From NCBI GenBank assembly GCA_947073285.1, contig CAMTJT010000004.1:7525-71524 (forward strand): a stretch of 64,000 bases of DNA, in the 5' to 3' direction. Of this stretch, positions 38,393 to 47,934 are shown piece by piece (the first letter of the stretch is position 1; each line of letters begins with the position of its first letter). The notes under the pieces are model-generated. The model did not search any database. It was given only the letters and a program-made list of their open reading frames with translations, and had not been told where the DNA came from. The position numbers were made by a program, and so were the translations under genes. Source of the DNA: an uncultured Clostridium sp. GTDB lineage: Bacteria > Bacillota > Clostridia > TANB77 > CAG-508.

Positions 38393-39382
38393 TTAATTAT
38401 TAATCTCTTTTTCTATAAGATAATTATTATATACAAATAGTAAATTTCCTATATAAGCGTTTTCTCTATATATTTTTCTAATAGCAATATTTTTTATACT
38501 TTTAAATGGTCTATAAATTCCATAATATTCATTGTTAACCAGAGTACTATTTTCATATGGGCATATCCCAAATAAATATTCATATATTTTCTTTACTTCT
38601 TCCATTGTTAAATTTTTTGTTTTATTAATTTCAATAGAAGGTATAATGTAATTTATTCCTAAATCAATACTCCCCAAGTCATCATAGTAGGATGCGTATT
38701 TGCTATTACCTTTTAAGTAACAAGGAATATTTCCTCCTTTTTCATCAATGAATTTATAATAATTTAGTTCTTCTTCATTTAACCTTAATATTGATGTATT
38801 ATCACTGTATGAAAATATTTCAAAGTTCTGCAGTGCATTAAACCAAATATCTAATACTGCAGCAGATTCTTTCTCGAAACTACGGTTTTTTATAATATTA
38901 TCACAATATTCATTTGTAATTTGAAAATAGTCAGTTATTTTATATAAGTATTTAATGCAATCTGCTTTTGTTATATATGCTTCATTTTTATCAAGTGTGT
39001 ATAGCCTATATAATGTTTTGCAAATAACTATAAATGGCTTTATGGGATATGAACTTTCTTTGTCATAATTTACTTTAGTTAAATTTTCAAAAATTAATTC
39101 TTCATATTTTAATTGATCATTAAGATAGAATTGTATATTTTTCCCTAATTTATTTTCCTTATTTATTATTCCAATATTTCTTGTAGTTGTTAACAAAGCA
39201 TTTGGATTCCCTGATTTTTTCATTTTTTGAGGAAATGTTTCTATTAATTCACTTGATGTTATTTTTGATAAGTAAGAATATGTATTTACTATATTGATTA
39301 TTGTATTAAACAATTCTTTTCCCTCATCTGTAAAAAAATTTTTTCCTCTATCTAAATACCAAATATTACTATTATCACTCAT
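38393..39382 (-). CDS. Uncharacterised 329-aa protein translationally coupled to Dcm (candidate restriction endonuclease or specificity partner)
   Basis: Its start overlaps the dcm stop (ATGA, 39379-39382). No nuclease motif could be assigned by eye. Confidence 0.5.
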   Translation of the reverse strand: MSDNSNIWYLDRGKNFFTDEGKELFNTIINIVNTYSYLSKITSSELIETFPQKMKKSGNPNALLTTTRNIGIINKENKLGKNIQFYLNDQLKYEELIFENLTKVNYDKESSYPIKPFIVICKTLYRLYTLDKNEAYITKADCIKYLYKITDYFQITNEYCDNIIKNRSFEKESAAVLDIWFNALQNFEIFSYSDNTSILRLNEEELNYYKFIDEKGGNIPCYLKGNSKYASYYDDLGSIDLGINYIIPSIEINKTKNLTMEEVKKIYEYLFGICPYENSTLVNNEYYGIYRPFKSIKNIAIRKIYRENAYIGNLLFVYNNYLIEKEINN

Positions 39383-40482
39383 TTATTTGTATCCTTTTTA
39401 TCATCAAAATTTATTGACTCCATAATTGATTTTGTAATTTCCTTTAATACAGGAACTGCTATAGAATTTCCAGATTGTCTATATGCAACTGTATCTGGTA
39501 CTACTACTTTAAAATCTTTAAATCCCATAAGCTTTAAACATTCATTGGGAGTCATTTTTCTTGCCACTGCATCTTGTCCATTATAATTTCCTACAAATAT
39601 TCTTTCATCTTTATAAAAATTCTCTTTTGGTGTTTCTACTCTAAAGTCTCCTATCCAATTAAACTGTTGATTAGCTGTTTGACATCCTATTATATCTCTA
39701 TTAACTCTTGCCCTTCCTTCATTTCTTTCAGGTGTTGTTACATATATAAATCCTTTTTCTCCTAAGTAATATTTGTCATCTACTTCTGTGTCTAAAAAGT
39801 CTGATGCTTTATCTTGCAAATCTACTCTTTTAGGAAATTCAAATTCTCTTTTATATTCAATGTCATTATTTATTCCAACAACAAAAACTCTTTTTCTCAT
39901 TTGTGGCAACCCATAATACTGTGCATCCATTACTTTAAATTTTATATGATAATTTAAACTTTCAAATACATCTTTTATAACACGCCACGTTTTCCCCTCA
40001 TCATGATTTAATAACCCTGTAACATTTTCAAAGATAAATGCCTTTGGTTGAATTTCTTTAATTAACCTTGCATAATCATAGAATAGAGTTCCTCTTGTGT
40101 CTTCTAATCCTCCTCTTTTACCATATGTTGAAAAACTTTGACATGGACTACCTCCAACAAGTAAATCAACTTCACCTTTAAATTTTTTCCCATCTAAAAA
40201 TCTAATGTCTTCATACCATCTGTCTTCTGTAATATCATAATTTGCAAAATAAGATTTTTTTACATTATTTTCTTTTCCTGTAGCATCATAAATTTCTCTT
40301 ATTTTCTTTTCCTTTTCTTTTTCTGATAATCCTTCTATCTGTCTTTTTATACTTTCTTGATCTATATCTAAGTATCTTTCTCCATTATCACATGCAAATA
40401 CTATTTCATATTCTATATTCATTTGTTTTAATGCTTGTTCTATTGCCCCAATTCCACTAAAAACTGTTGCTAATTTTATCAT
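39379..40482 (-). CDS. dcm: DNA (cytosine-5)-methyltransferase
   Basis: Motif I FSGIGAIE, motif IV GGSPCQSFS, motif VI FIFENVTGL, motif VIII QMRKRVFVVG, motif X GNSIAVPVL. Confidence 0.95.
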   Translation of the reverse strand: MIKLATVFSGIGAIEQALKQMNIEYEIVFACDNGERYLDIDQESIKRQIEGLSEKEKEKKIREIYDATGKENNVKKSYFANYDITEDRWYEDIRFLDGKKFKGEVDLLVGGSPCQSFSTYGKRGGLEDTRGTLFYDYARLIKEIQPKAFIFENVTGLLNHDEGKTWRVIKDVFESLNYHIKFKVMDAQYYGLPQMRKRVFVVGINNDIEYKREFEFPKRVDLQDKASDFLDTEVDDKYYLGEKGFIYVTTPERNEGRARVNRDIIGCQTANQQFNWIGDFRVETPKENFYKDERIFVGNYNGQDAVARKMTPNECLKLMGFKDFKVVVPDTVAYRQSGNSIAVPVLKEITKSIMESINFDDKKDTNK

Positions 40483-40587
40483 TACTGTATTTCTCCTTTT
40501 AAAAACTCATTTTATACTTTCTTATTTAATATCATTTATTTTTTTCCTTAATTTATGCACTCTATTCTTTCTTTAAAAAGTTTTAGT

Positions 40588-41292
40588 TTAGGATTTTCTA
40601 AGTTTATTTAGCTCTACTCCACTTTCTATAAATAGTTCTTCTACATATTTTTCTAATCCTCCATTTACTAAATATGGATCTATTACTTGAAGTTTCATTG
40701 TATTTAATGTCATTATCCTTCTAAATTGATCTCTATCTGTTACATTATATAAAAATTTCTTATATAAAATTTCATTAAACAGATCTTTTCTATAACCATA
40801 TGTACCTGTTCTATCAATTATATTTAATATGGTATCTGTAGTGTTATCTTTTAAAATTTTCTTGGTTGTTTTTTCATCATCTTTCCATGCTAGATATATA
40901 TACCACCATAATGTCTCTAACCACATTCTTCTTGGCTTTTTATAATATCTATCTTCACTTATTTCATATCTATATTTTATAATTTCAGGACAAACTTTTA
41001 ATTGTATATATCTCCAAATGTCATCATCACCTGCTTCGTTTTCACTTATTTGATATTTAAAGGTTAATAGCTTATATAATTTTATTCCAAATATATAGTC
41101 TACATCATATGCTTTATTCTTTATGTCACTTACTCCTATCTCAAGTTCTTTTAATGTTTGATGGAATTCATTTAAAACATCTTTCCTTAACTCATCATAA
41201 CTTTCATCACAACTTGGATTAAAATTATTATTTTTATTCATTTCTTCAAAGCATTTTTTTGATTTTACTTTGTTTAATTTTAACCAATCCAT
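40588..41292 (-). CDS. Uncharacterised 234-aa protein of the Z1/GHKL operon
   Basis: ORF in the operon. W-rich core DDDIWRYIQLKVCPEIIKYRY...KPRRMWLETLWWYIYLAW. No motif assigned. Confidence 0.55.
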   Translation of the reverse strand: MDWLKLNKVKSKKCFEEMNKNNNFNPSCDESYDELRKDVLNEFHQTLKELEIGVSDIKNKAYDVDYIFGIKLYKLLTFKYQISENEAGDDDIWRYIQLKVCPEIIKYRYEISEDRYYKKPRRMWLETLWWYIYLAWKDDEKTTKKILKDNTTDTILNIIDRTGTYGYRKDLFNEILYKKFLYNVTDRDQFRRIMTLNTMKLQVIDPYLVNGGLEKYVEELFIESGVELNKLRKS

Positions 41293-41301
41293 TTTTTCTC
41301 C

Positions 41302-42231
41302 TTAATCAATTATACTATCTATTGCTGTTTTTATTGAAAATAAAATTTCTTTAAATTCATTTACTCTAATATCAAAAAAGTTAATCCAATACTTTGCAAC
41401 ATTTCCTATTATTTGATCTTCTTCATAATCACTATTGCAGATATTTTCCAGGTTTTCTTTGCTAATAACATCTGCTATAAATAAAGCTATAAATTCAGAA
41501 ATAATTTCTTTCATTAATGGTGTTACTGTAGTCCCTTCAGCATTCAAATTTTTAAAATCTTTATGTGCTTTATTTAGATATAAGCAGATATTATCTTCTT
41601 CAAATAAATCTTCGTTGACATCCATATAATTAAATTCTGCATACCATAAAGATTTATTTTTATCATCAATTACTTTTATAGGAAATATTGAGCCTTTTCC
41701 TTCTAAAAATATTTCTAGTTCTTGATATGCTCCTAATACAGTTCCACTATTATTAGCATACATATCATTTTCGTATGATTTATCTACATATAATATTATT
41801 TTAATTCCTAATTTATCAGCTAACTCTCCTTTGTTAAAATTTAAATTAATACAAAAGTCTTGCTTAGTTTTTTCCTCATTATAGGCTATTTCAGTGATTT
41901 TTTTACTTATATTTTTATTAGTTTTCCTGCAATAATAATTTGTGGCAATTCCCAAAATGGAATTTTTATTAGCTACCCCAATTTCTTCATTGAATAGCAA
42001 ATTTTTATCTTGTATAGTACAATCAATATTAATATTCAAGTTGTCTTTTAATGGCGTCCATGTACCATATTCATCATCTAGAAAATATTGATTCTTTTCA
42101 ATTGGTGTTAATTCTAAATCTCTAGTTATATTATCTTTTATGTAATTAATTTTTATTTCATTAATCTTAAATCCACTTTTTTCTATTAAATTATTAGTTA
42201 AAGTTGGAAAACTTTCTAGTATATTACTCAT
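41302..42231 (-). CDS. Uncharacterised 309-aa protein of the Z1/GHKL operon (possible PD-(D/E)xK nuclease)
   Basis: Overlaps the GHKL gene end by 8 nt. Candidate D...E-x-K elements IILYVDKS ... ELEIFLEGKG. The assignment is weak. Confidence 0.5.
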   Translation of the reverse strand: MSNILESFPTLTNNLIEKSGFKINEIKINYIKDNITRDLELTPIEKNQYFLDDEYGTWTPLKDNLNINIDCTIQDKNLLFNEEIGVANKNSILGIATNYYCRKTNKNISKKITEIAYNEEKTKQDFCINLNFNKGELADKLGIKIILYVDKSYENDMYANNSGTVLGAYQELEIFLEGKGSIFPIKVIDDKNKSLWYAEFNYMDVNEDLFEEDNICLYLNKAHKDFKNLNAEGTTVTPLMKEIISEFIALFIADVISKENLENICNSDYEEDQIIGNVAKYWINFFDIRVNEFKEILFSIKTAIDSIID

Positions 42232-44308
42232 TACCTATCTCCTCTTTTACTCTAGATAAGATTCCTTTATAATTTCTATTATTATATTTATAACACAATC
42301 TGCCTCTAATTTTTTTTAATTGACTACCTTGCTTTAATTTAATGCTCCATCCAATCCAACTTTTTAATTTTTCAGTATATCTTTTTTCCAAAATTATATT
42401 TTCATCTTCATACTTATTAATATACTTGTTTATCTTTTTATTTATGTAATACTGTATTTGTTCACCTTCACCATATGTTAATAACTCAATTTTTATTAAT
42501 TCAACTGGAAATTCTTTATTTTCAAAATCTTCTTCCCATTTTTTTCCTGTCATTTTAAAGTCTTCAGCTACTATTTCAAATTCATATTCTATGTTTCTAT
42601 CATTTGAATTAAGATTAATTTCAAAGTCTTTACTTATAGTTTTATCTATATTATTTCTAATTATTGATTCATCAATGAAATTTAAATTTGATTTTGAATT
42701 TCTTCTTAGAAATTTGTTTGCATTTATTTCTTTTTTATTTTCATTTTCATTAAATGATGATGGTCTTTTTCCAAATCCTATTGGTGGCAATAATCTATTT
42801 GTTAAAGTCCTACTTAATCTTGTATCAACACTTCTAGTTATTTTATAGTCTATATCTTCATAGCAATTGTTAATTTTACTTTTTATTTGATTTTGAACTC
42901 TTTTAATTATAGTATAATTGGATAAATCTATCCAGTCTGCATGATCTGCTTTTTCACATGCTCTTAGATATTTTTCAAAACTTTTCTTTTCATCATCTTC
43001 TTTTACTTTTATTAGATTGCTTGAGTTGGCTATAAATAATCCAATTATGTAGTTGCCATCATTTACTTTTATACTATTTGACCAACTTTCTCCAACATCA
43101 TATTTTAATAGCATACCTGGTCTTCTACAAAATGTGATTATAGAATATCCATCATCTTTTTCATTATATTTTGTATTAAAAATTTGTAAATATGGACTTG
43201 GCTCATTATATGGTTGATTCATTTTTAGGTCATCTTTATTCATTTTTATATATGCAATTTTTCCTGCTTCTGTTTCATTTAAAAATGTATTTAATAATTT
43301 TATATTTTCTACCTTTATACTATTATCTTTTATACTTCCTGTACCTGCATTATAAAGCTCTTGTATTTTCTTAAATAATGGTAAAAAGTCTTCTTCTGGA
43401 TGAAAATATTTATTATTTATTTTCAATTTTAAGTATGGGTTATCTTTAAAATATGGATTCATTAATCTTGGTGCATACCATCTTTGTACTGAAACTTTTA
43501 TATATTTATCTACACTTTCATTCCATGGCAAAGCATTGTCTTCTTTATTAGCATCATTTAATAATTTCTTTTCGTCTATAAATGGGATTATAACTTTAGT
43601 TCCTGTACTTTCTCCTTCAAAAGCTTTTAATTGAAAAATTTCTAATATTTGCTTTATTTCTTCTTCATCTGTTAAAGGGTTTAGTTGATCAATTTCATTA
43701 TTTTTCTTTCCAAACCACATAATTCCTGTTTTAGGTCTGCTTTCATTATTATAACTTGGTATAATTGTATTTTCTTCATTTTCAACTAATGATATAACCA
43801 TTCTAGATTCATAGTTATCATAATTTTTAATTCTTGAATAGAATATTACCAGTCCAATCCCTACTCTATAATATACTGTTTTACCATATCCCCAAGATCC
43901 TCCTGAATTTTCTATAGTTTGAGCTTTTCCAATATTAAAGATTAGATTTATAAATTTTCCATAATTATTATTTATAACTTCACTCATATTCTTTGGTCCA
44001 GTTAGACCTGTTGTATTTGTATCACTAAAACTTATAAATGTATCCAAATTTTCATCTTTATGTTTTTCTAATAGCTTACTTCCAAAAGGTTCAATACTAT
44101 TGGCTAATTTCTTTTCATCAAACTTTGAAATATTTATCTCTACATCAACACTAGCACTAGTATCTAACTTTGCATCAAGTGAATTTTGTATTGCTTCTCT
44201 TGTTAATAAATCTAAAATTGGTATGTCATTATTTTGAATAGCTCTTAATAATGAACTTCCTGATATTCCCATATATTCATTTCTTAAAATCTCATAATCA
44301 AATTTCAT
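42224..44308 (-). CDS. GHKL-superfamily (MutL/MORC-like, HATPase_c) ATPase
   Basis: 694 aa. Bergerat N-box REAIQNSLDA near the N-terminus and a glycine-rich lid GGSWGYGKTVYY. Confidence 0.75.
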   Translation of the reverse strand: MKFDYEILRNEYMGISGSSLLRAIQNNDIPILDLLTREAIQNSLDAKLDTSASVDVEINISKFDEKKLANSIEPFGSKLLEKHKDENLDTFISFSDTNTTGLTGPKNMSEVINNNYGKFINLIFNIGKAQTIENSGGSWGYGKTVYYRVGIGLVIFYSRIKNYDNYESRMVISLVENEENTIIPSYNNESRPKTGIMWFGKKNNEIDQLNPLTDEEEIKQILEIFQLKAFEGESTGTKVIIPFIDEKKLLNDANKEDNALPWNESVDKYIKVSVQRWYAPRLMNPYFKDNPYLKLKINNKYFHPEEDFLPLFKKIQELYNAGTGSIKDNSIKVENIKLLNTFLNETEAGKIAYIKMNKDDLKMNQPYNEPSPYLQIFNTKYNEKDDGYSIITFCRRPGMLLKYDVGESWSNSIKVNDGNYIIGLFIANSSNLIKVKEDDEKKSFEKYLRACEKADHADWIDLSNYTIIKRVQNQIKSKINNCYEDIDYKITRSVDTRLSRTLTNRLLPPIGFGKRPSSFNENENKKEINANKFLRRNSKSNLNFIDESIIRNNIDKTISKDFEINLNSNDRNIEYEFEIVAEDFKMTGKKWEEDFENKEFPVELIKIELLTYGEGEQIQYYINKKINKYINKYEDENIILEKRYTEKLKSWIGWSIKLKQGSQLKKIRGRLCYKYNNRNYKGILSRVKEEIGNE

Positions 44309-47066
44309 TAAAATCCTCTCCCATTTCTTGGGTCCATATAACTCTATTTCTATTTTCTTTATTGGTGTTAGGTATGTATATATATAGTCCTAATATGTCT
44401 GTTTCAAAATTTAAAGCTGTTCTTGTTGGATTTCCTTCTTTATCATTACTCATTCTTTGAACAGTTGAGTCTTTATCTATAAAATATAAAAATAATTTCG
44501 GTTTTTCTACATTTTCTAATGTTCCTTCATAGCCTTTTTCATATAAACATGCATTTTCTCTATCTTTAGGATTCCTTAAAATACCTATATCTATTGTATT
44601 TTCTAAATGTTTTACTCTTCGTGAACGATTTACTTTATTAATGTTTATCCCTTCTGCAATTTTTATTTTCTCCTTTTTACTATTTTCTTCTGTATTATCA
44701 CTTCCAATAATAATATCCCAATTATTTAGTTTTTCATCATTTTTTTGTTCACTCATCCATTTATAAAAGTCATTGATATTTCCAAAAAATCTATCGTGCT
44801 TATAATACTTTAATTGTTTAAATAGATTATCTTCCACTTCTTTATATTTGATATTATTAAATACAAAACTGTCTTTTATTATTTTGTATTTATTTTGACT
44901 AAATAACTTTTTTATAAATTCTACGCCTTTTTCTTTGTTTTCTTTTTGAATTATTGGGTTGCTATCAAATACAACTGTTTGATTATCAACTTTTTCGTAT
45001 GTCGCACCTACTCTTAATGCATTTTGTGACTTATTTTTCGATGTTAATAAAAATCTTGTTAAATATGAACTTTGTATTTTTGGTGCATACTCAGAAGGTT
45101 TAGTGCCTAAGTCATATTTTTTCAAATCTCCCCTTAGTCTATTTTCTATGTATGATACTTCTTTGAATTTTGCTTCTGCTTCTTTAGTTAACCATATTCT
45201 GGGTAATAATTCATATCCTATTCTATATCCAAACCATCTGCCCATCTGCATTAGCGTGTCTGCTTGAGCCACTTTTCTTGAAAAATATGATGATGTCAAT
45301 CCATCTAATGTTAACCCTCTAGCTAATGTATTTCCTCCAATTACGATTAACCCACTAGCAACATCTACATCTCCTTTTTCTGGATATGCTAATCTAATGA
45401 AGTTACCACTTTCATCTATTCCCCTTTTATTGTTAGAATTATCTATGACGATATGTATTCCTTTATGGAACTTTAGATCTCCTTTTTCAGTAATTGTAAT
45501 ATGAGAAATTTCAACTTCTAAAATAGATATTATCTCATTTTTAATGTCATCAAATTTTGGATAGTCATTTACTGGATGCAATCCATCAAAATTGTAATTG
45601 CTCATTATACGTAAAAATCCTTCTTTTGATAGTTTTCTTTTTTCTATATCATATATTTTCTCACATTCATCTAATAATTTATTTTTATTCATATTTAGCC
45701 ATTTTTCAACAGCATCTGCTGTATTTTTGTGAACTCCAGTATTTGTATTAGTGTGAATAAGCATACTTACTGGTTTCAAAGATTTTCTATATCTTTGCAC
45801 AGCTAATGTACAGATGAACCAGCAAATTGAATTTTTTAAAGATTCTGGAAAATCTAGATTATCGACACTTAAATTTTCCATTTTTTTATAGTCGTTTTCA
45901 CTTATTTCTTCTAATATAGGCAGAGAATCTATTATATCATCTTCATTTCCAAATATTTCTCCTGCACCAATATATTGACTAGATTTTGGCAATGATATTA
46001 TAAAATCTTTTGGATACAAACTTTCTTCACTGTTTTCATTTAAAAAATTTCCATATGGAGTTGCAGTATAGCTAATGTAGTTGGTAGAATGAAATTTTTT
46101 ACAATTTACAAGTTCTAATATTAATTTATTTATTTTCGTTCTTTCTATTTCTTCTTTCATTTTCCTTGTATTTAAACTTGCTTGATCTGCCTCATCATCA
46201 ATAATAACAATATTCATTTTGGCTTTGGTTGCAGCAGATGTGTAATCTATTAACCATTTGTTTAGATTTTTCAATCTTGTAGAGTTTTTTAAACATACAG
46301 TTACTACTCTTGCTTTTTCATTTTGTAAATATCCATCTAGCTTTACACCTTTTATATTGTCAAAGAATTTCCATTGAATATTTGAATTTGGCGAAAATTC
46401 GATATCTGCTTGTAATCTATTTAAATTTTGTCTTCTTAAATTTTCTATCGTTCCCGATAGCATAATAAAAATATTATATCCATAATCAGCTCCCATTGTT
46501 ATTACAGATTCAATATTAGTAGTCTTTCCTGATTGAACATATCCCATTACGAGTCCTTTGCCTGATTCCTCATTTTGGGAGTCTCTTTTCAAACATTCTA
46601 GTATTCTTTTAGCACTACTCTCAGAATTTACTATTGTTTCCATTCCTGGAAATTTTTTCATGAGCATTTCTTTAAATACCATCCATGCAGAATTTGGATT
46701 TGTAGGCACTGTTATGGTTTGTCTTATGTTTCCAGTATCATATAAATATCCTGTTGATTTTTCCACTCTTTCATCTATACTTTTTCTATAATCAACAAGC
46801 TGATCCCATTTTTCTTTATAGTCTTTTGGAAATCCATATATTTCCCATATTTCTTCAAATTTATTTTTATACTTTTTTATTTCTTCCCATTCAATATTTT
46901 CATTCTTTTTCTTTATCTTGTCTATTTCCTCTAAACAACTTTCATATTCTGGTTCCCAATTATACTCTATCATTATACTACTCCATAAATATATTTTCCT
47001 ATTACATTTTATATCATAAATCGACTTTTCTCTCAATAAATATAGAGAATTTTTCTTACTTTGCAA
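44298..47066 (-). CDS. Z1-domain superfamily-2 helicase-like ATPase
   Basis: 922-aa ORF. Walker A GYVQSGKTTN, DEAD-like VIIDDEADQAS, then a Z1-type C-terminal region. An alternative start, ATG 46973 (MIEYNWEPEYE), has a GGAG 7 nt upstream. Confidence 0.75.
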   Translation of the reverse strand: MQSKKNSLYLLREKSIYDIKCNRKIYLWSSIMIEYNWEPEYESCLEEIDKIKKKNENIEWEEIKKYKNKFEEIWEIYGFPKDYKEKWDQLVDYRKSIDERVEKSTGYLYDTGNIRQTITVPTNPNSAWMVFKEMLMKKFPGMETIVNSESSAKRILECLKRDSQNEESGKGLVMGYVQSGKTTNIESVITMGADYGYNIFIMLSGTIENLRRQNLNRLQADIEFSPNSNIQWKFFDNIKGVKLDGYLQNEKARVVTVCLKNSTRLKNLNKWLIDYTSAATKAKMNIVIIDDEADQASLNTRKMKEEIERTKINKLILELVNCKKFHSTNYISYTATPYGNFLNENSEESLYPKDFIISLPKSSQYIGAGEIFGNEDDIIDSLPILEEISENDYKKMENLSVDNLDFPESLKNSICWFICTLAVQRYRKSLKPVSMLIHTNTNTGVHKNTADAVEKWLNMNKNKLLDECEKIYDIEKRKLSKEGFLRIMSNYNFDGLHPVNDYPKFDDIKNEIISILEVEISHITITEKGDLKFHKGIHIVIDNSNNKRGIDESGNFIRLAYPEKGDVDVASGLIVIGGNTLARGLTLDGLTSSYFSRKVAQADTLMQMGRWFGYRIGYELLPRIWLTKEAEAKFKEVSYIENRLRGDLKKYDLGTKPSEYAPKIQSSYLTRFLLTSKNKSQNALRVGATYEKVDNQTVVFDSNPIIQKENKEKGVEFIKKLFSQNKYKIIKDSFVFNNIKYKEVEDNLFKQLKYYKHDRFFGNINDFYKWMSEQKNDEKLNNWDIIIGSDNTEENSKKEKIKIAEGININKVNRSRRVKHLENTIDIGILRNPKDRENACLYEKGYEGTLENVEKPKLFLYFIDKDSTVQRMSNDKEGNPTRTALNFETDILGLYIYIPNTNKENRNRVIWTQEMGEDFNEI

Positions 47067-47685
47067 TTTTCTCCTTCTATTTTAAGTTAAATAATTCTAT
47101 GGGATTAACTTTGAATTTCAACATATTAGCTAGTTTCTCTACTTTCATCTCTACTTTTTCTTTGCATTGTAATTCTTCCTATTTTTTGAAAATTCATTTA
47201 TACATTTTTTTATTTTATCTTTAGTACCTCTTTATATGGTGCTAATTCTCCTGCATATATTGCAATAGTTTCACTATTTTTCTAGTATTTCCTATTTATT
47301 TGCGTAATTTTTAATTATCTATTGACTTTTTATAGTTAGTCACCTCTATTAATTTGTCTCATTATATCATTATTCTTTTTATTTTTCACCAATTTTGTAA
47401 TATAAATTACTTTCTCCTTAATTTTTGTCTAAACTCCCTACTCTCTGCTAAATTAGTGCTTTTTACTTTGCTTGTTAGGGTAAGACTTAAATTTATGTCC
47501 TTCGGGTTATGAGCGTGTAAGTGTTGGTATTGCTGATATTTGTGTTACTTTGTTATGTGTTGTTAGAGTAAGTTTGTCGCTTAAATGAGTGATACTTTGT
47601 TTGTGTTAAATTGTGTGTAAAATTGGCTAATTTTGTAGGAAGTGTGACCAAGATGTGACATGGAAACCGTAGAAAAAAACACATA

Positions 47686-47934
47686 TTACTGTGCTTCTTC
47701 ATCATTAATTTCTTTAACCTGCTCTAAATATTTATCTATAAATTCCTTATATTTATTACATATATTCTTTTTTTCTTGATCCATTTCTTCATTAATTTCT
47801 AATTTCATTTCTGTATTAATATTAGGATTAGTTAAGTATATTATTAACTCCCTATATTCTTCGTTGTTTAATATTCTATATTCCCTTTCTTCTAATTGTA
47901 AAATTATCTCTCCTTCTTCATTTTCTCTAAACAT
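47686..47934 (-). CDS. Small highly acidic 82-aa protein, translationally coupled to the PHP-ATPase
   Basis: TAATG stop/start overlap at 47936-47932. E/N-rich sequence with no motif. Confidence 0.5.
   Translation of the reverse strand: MFRENEEGEIILQLEEREYRILNNEEYRELIIYLTNPNINTEMKLEINEEMDQEKKNICNKYKEFIDKYLEQVKEINDEEAQ

Noticed and set aside
46754-47224. 156-aa plus-strand ORF spanning the Z1 gene start and its upstream region
   Set aside because: It is antisense to the Z1 N-terminus, runs through a promoter-like region, and has a low-complexity F/L/Y-rich translation.
47075-47350. Fragments on the minus strand resembling an XRE-type regulator (for example MKVEKLANMLKFKVNPIELFNLK, ETIAIYAGELAPYKEVLK)
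   Set aside because: There are only short pieces in different frames with several stops, and I could not reconstruct a convincing HTH. It may be a decayed gene, but the evidence is too thin to call.
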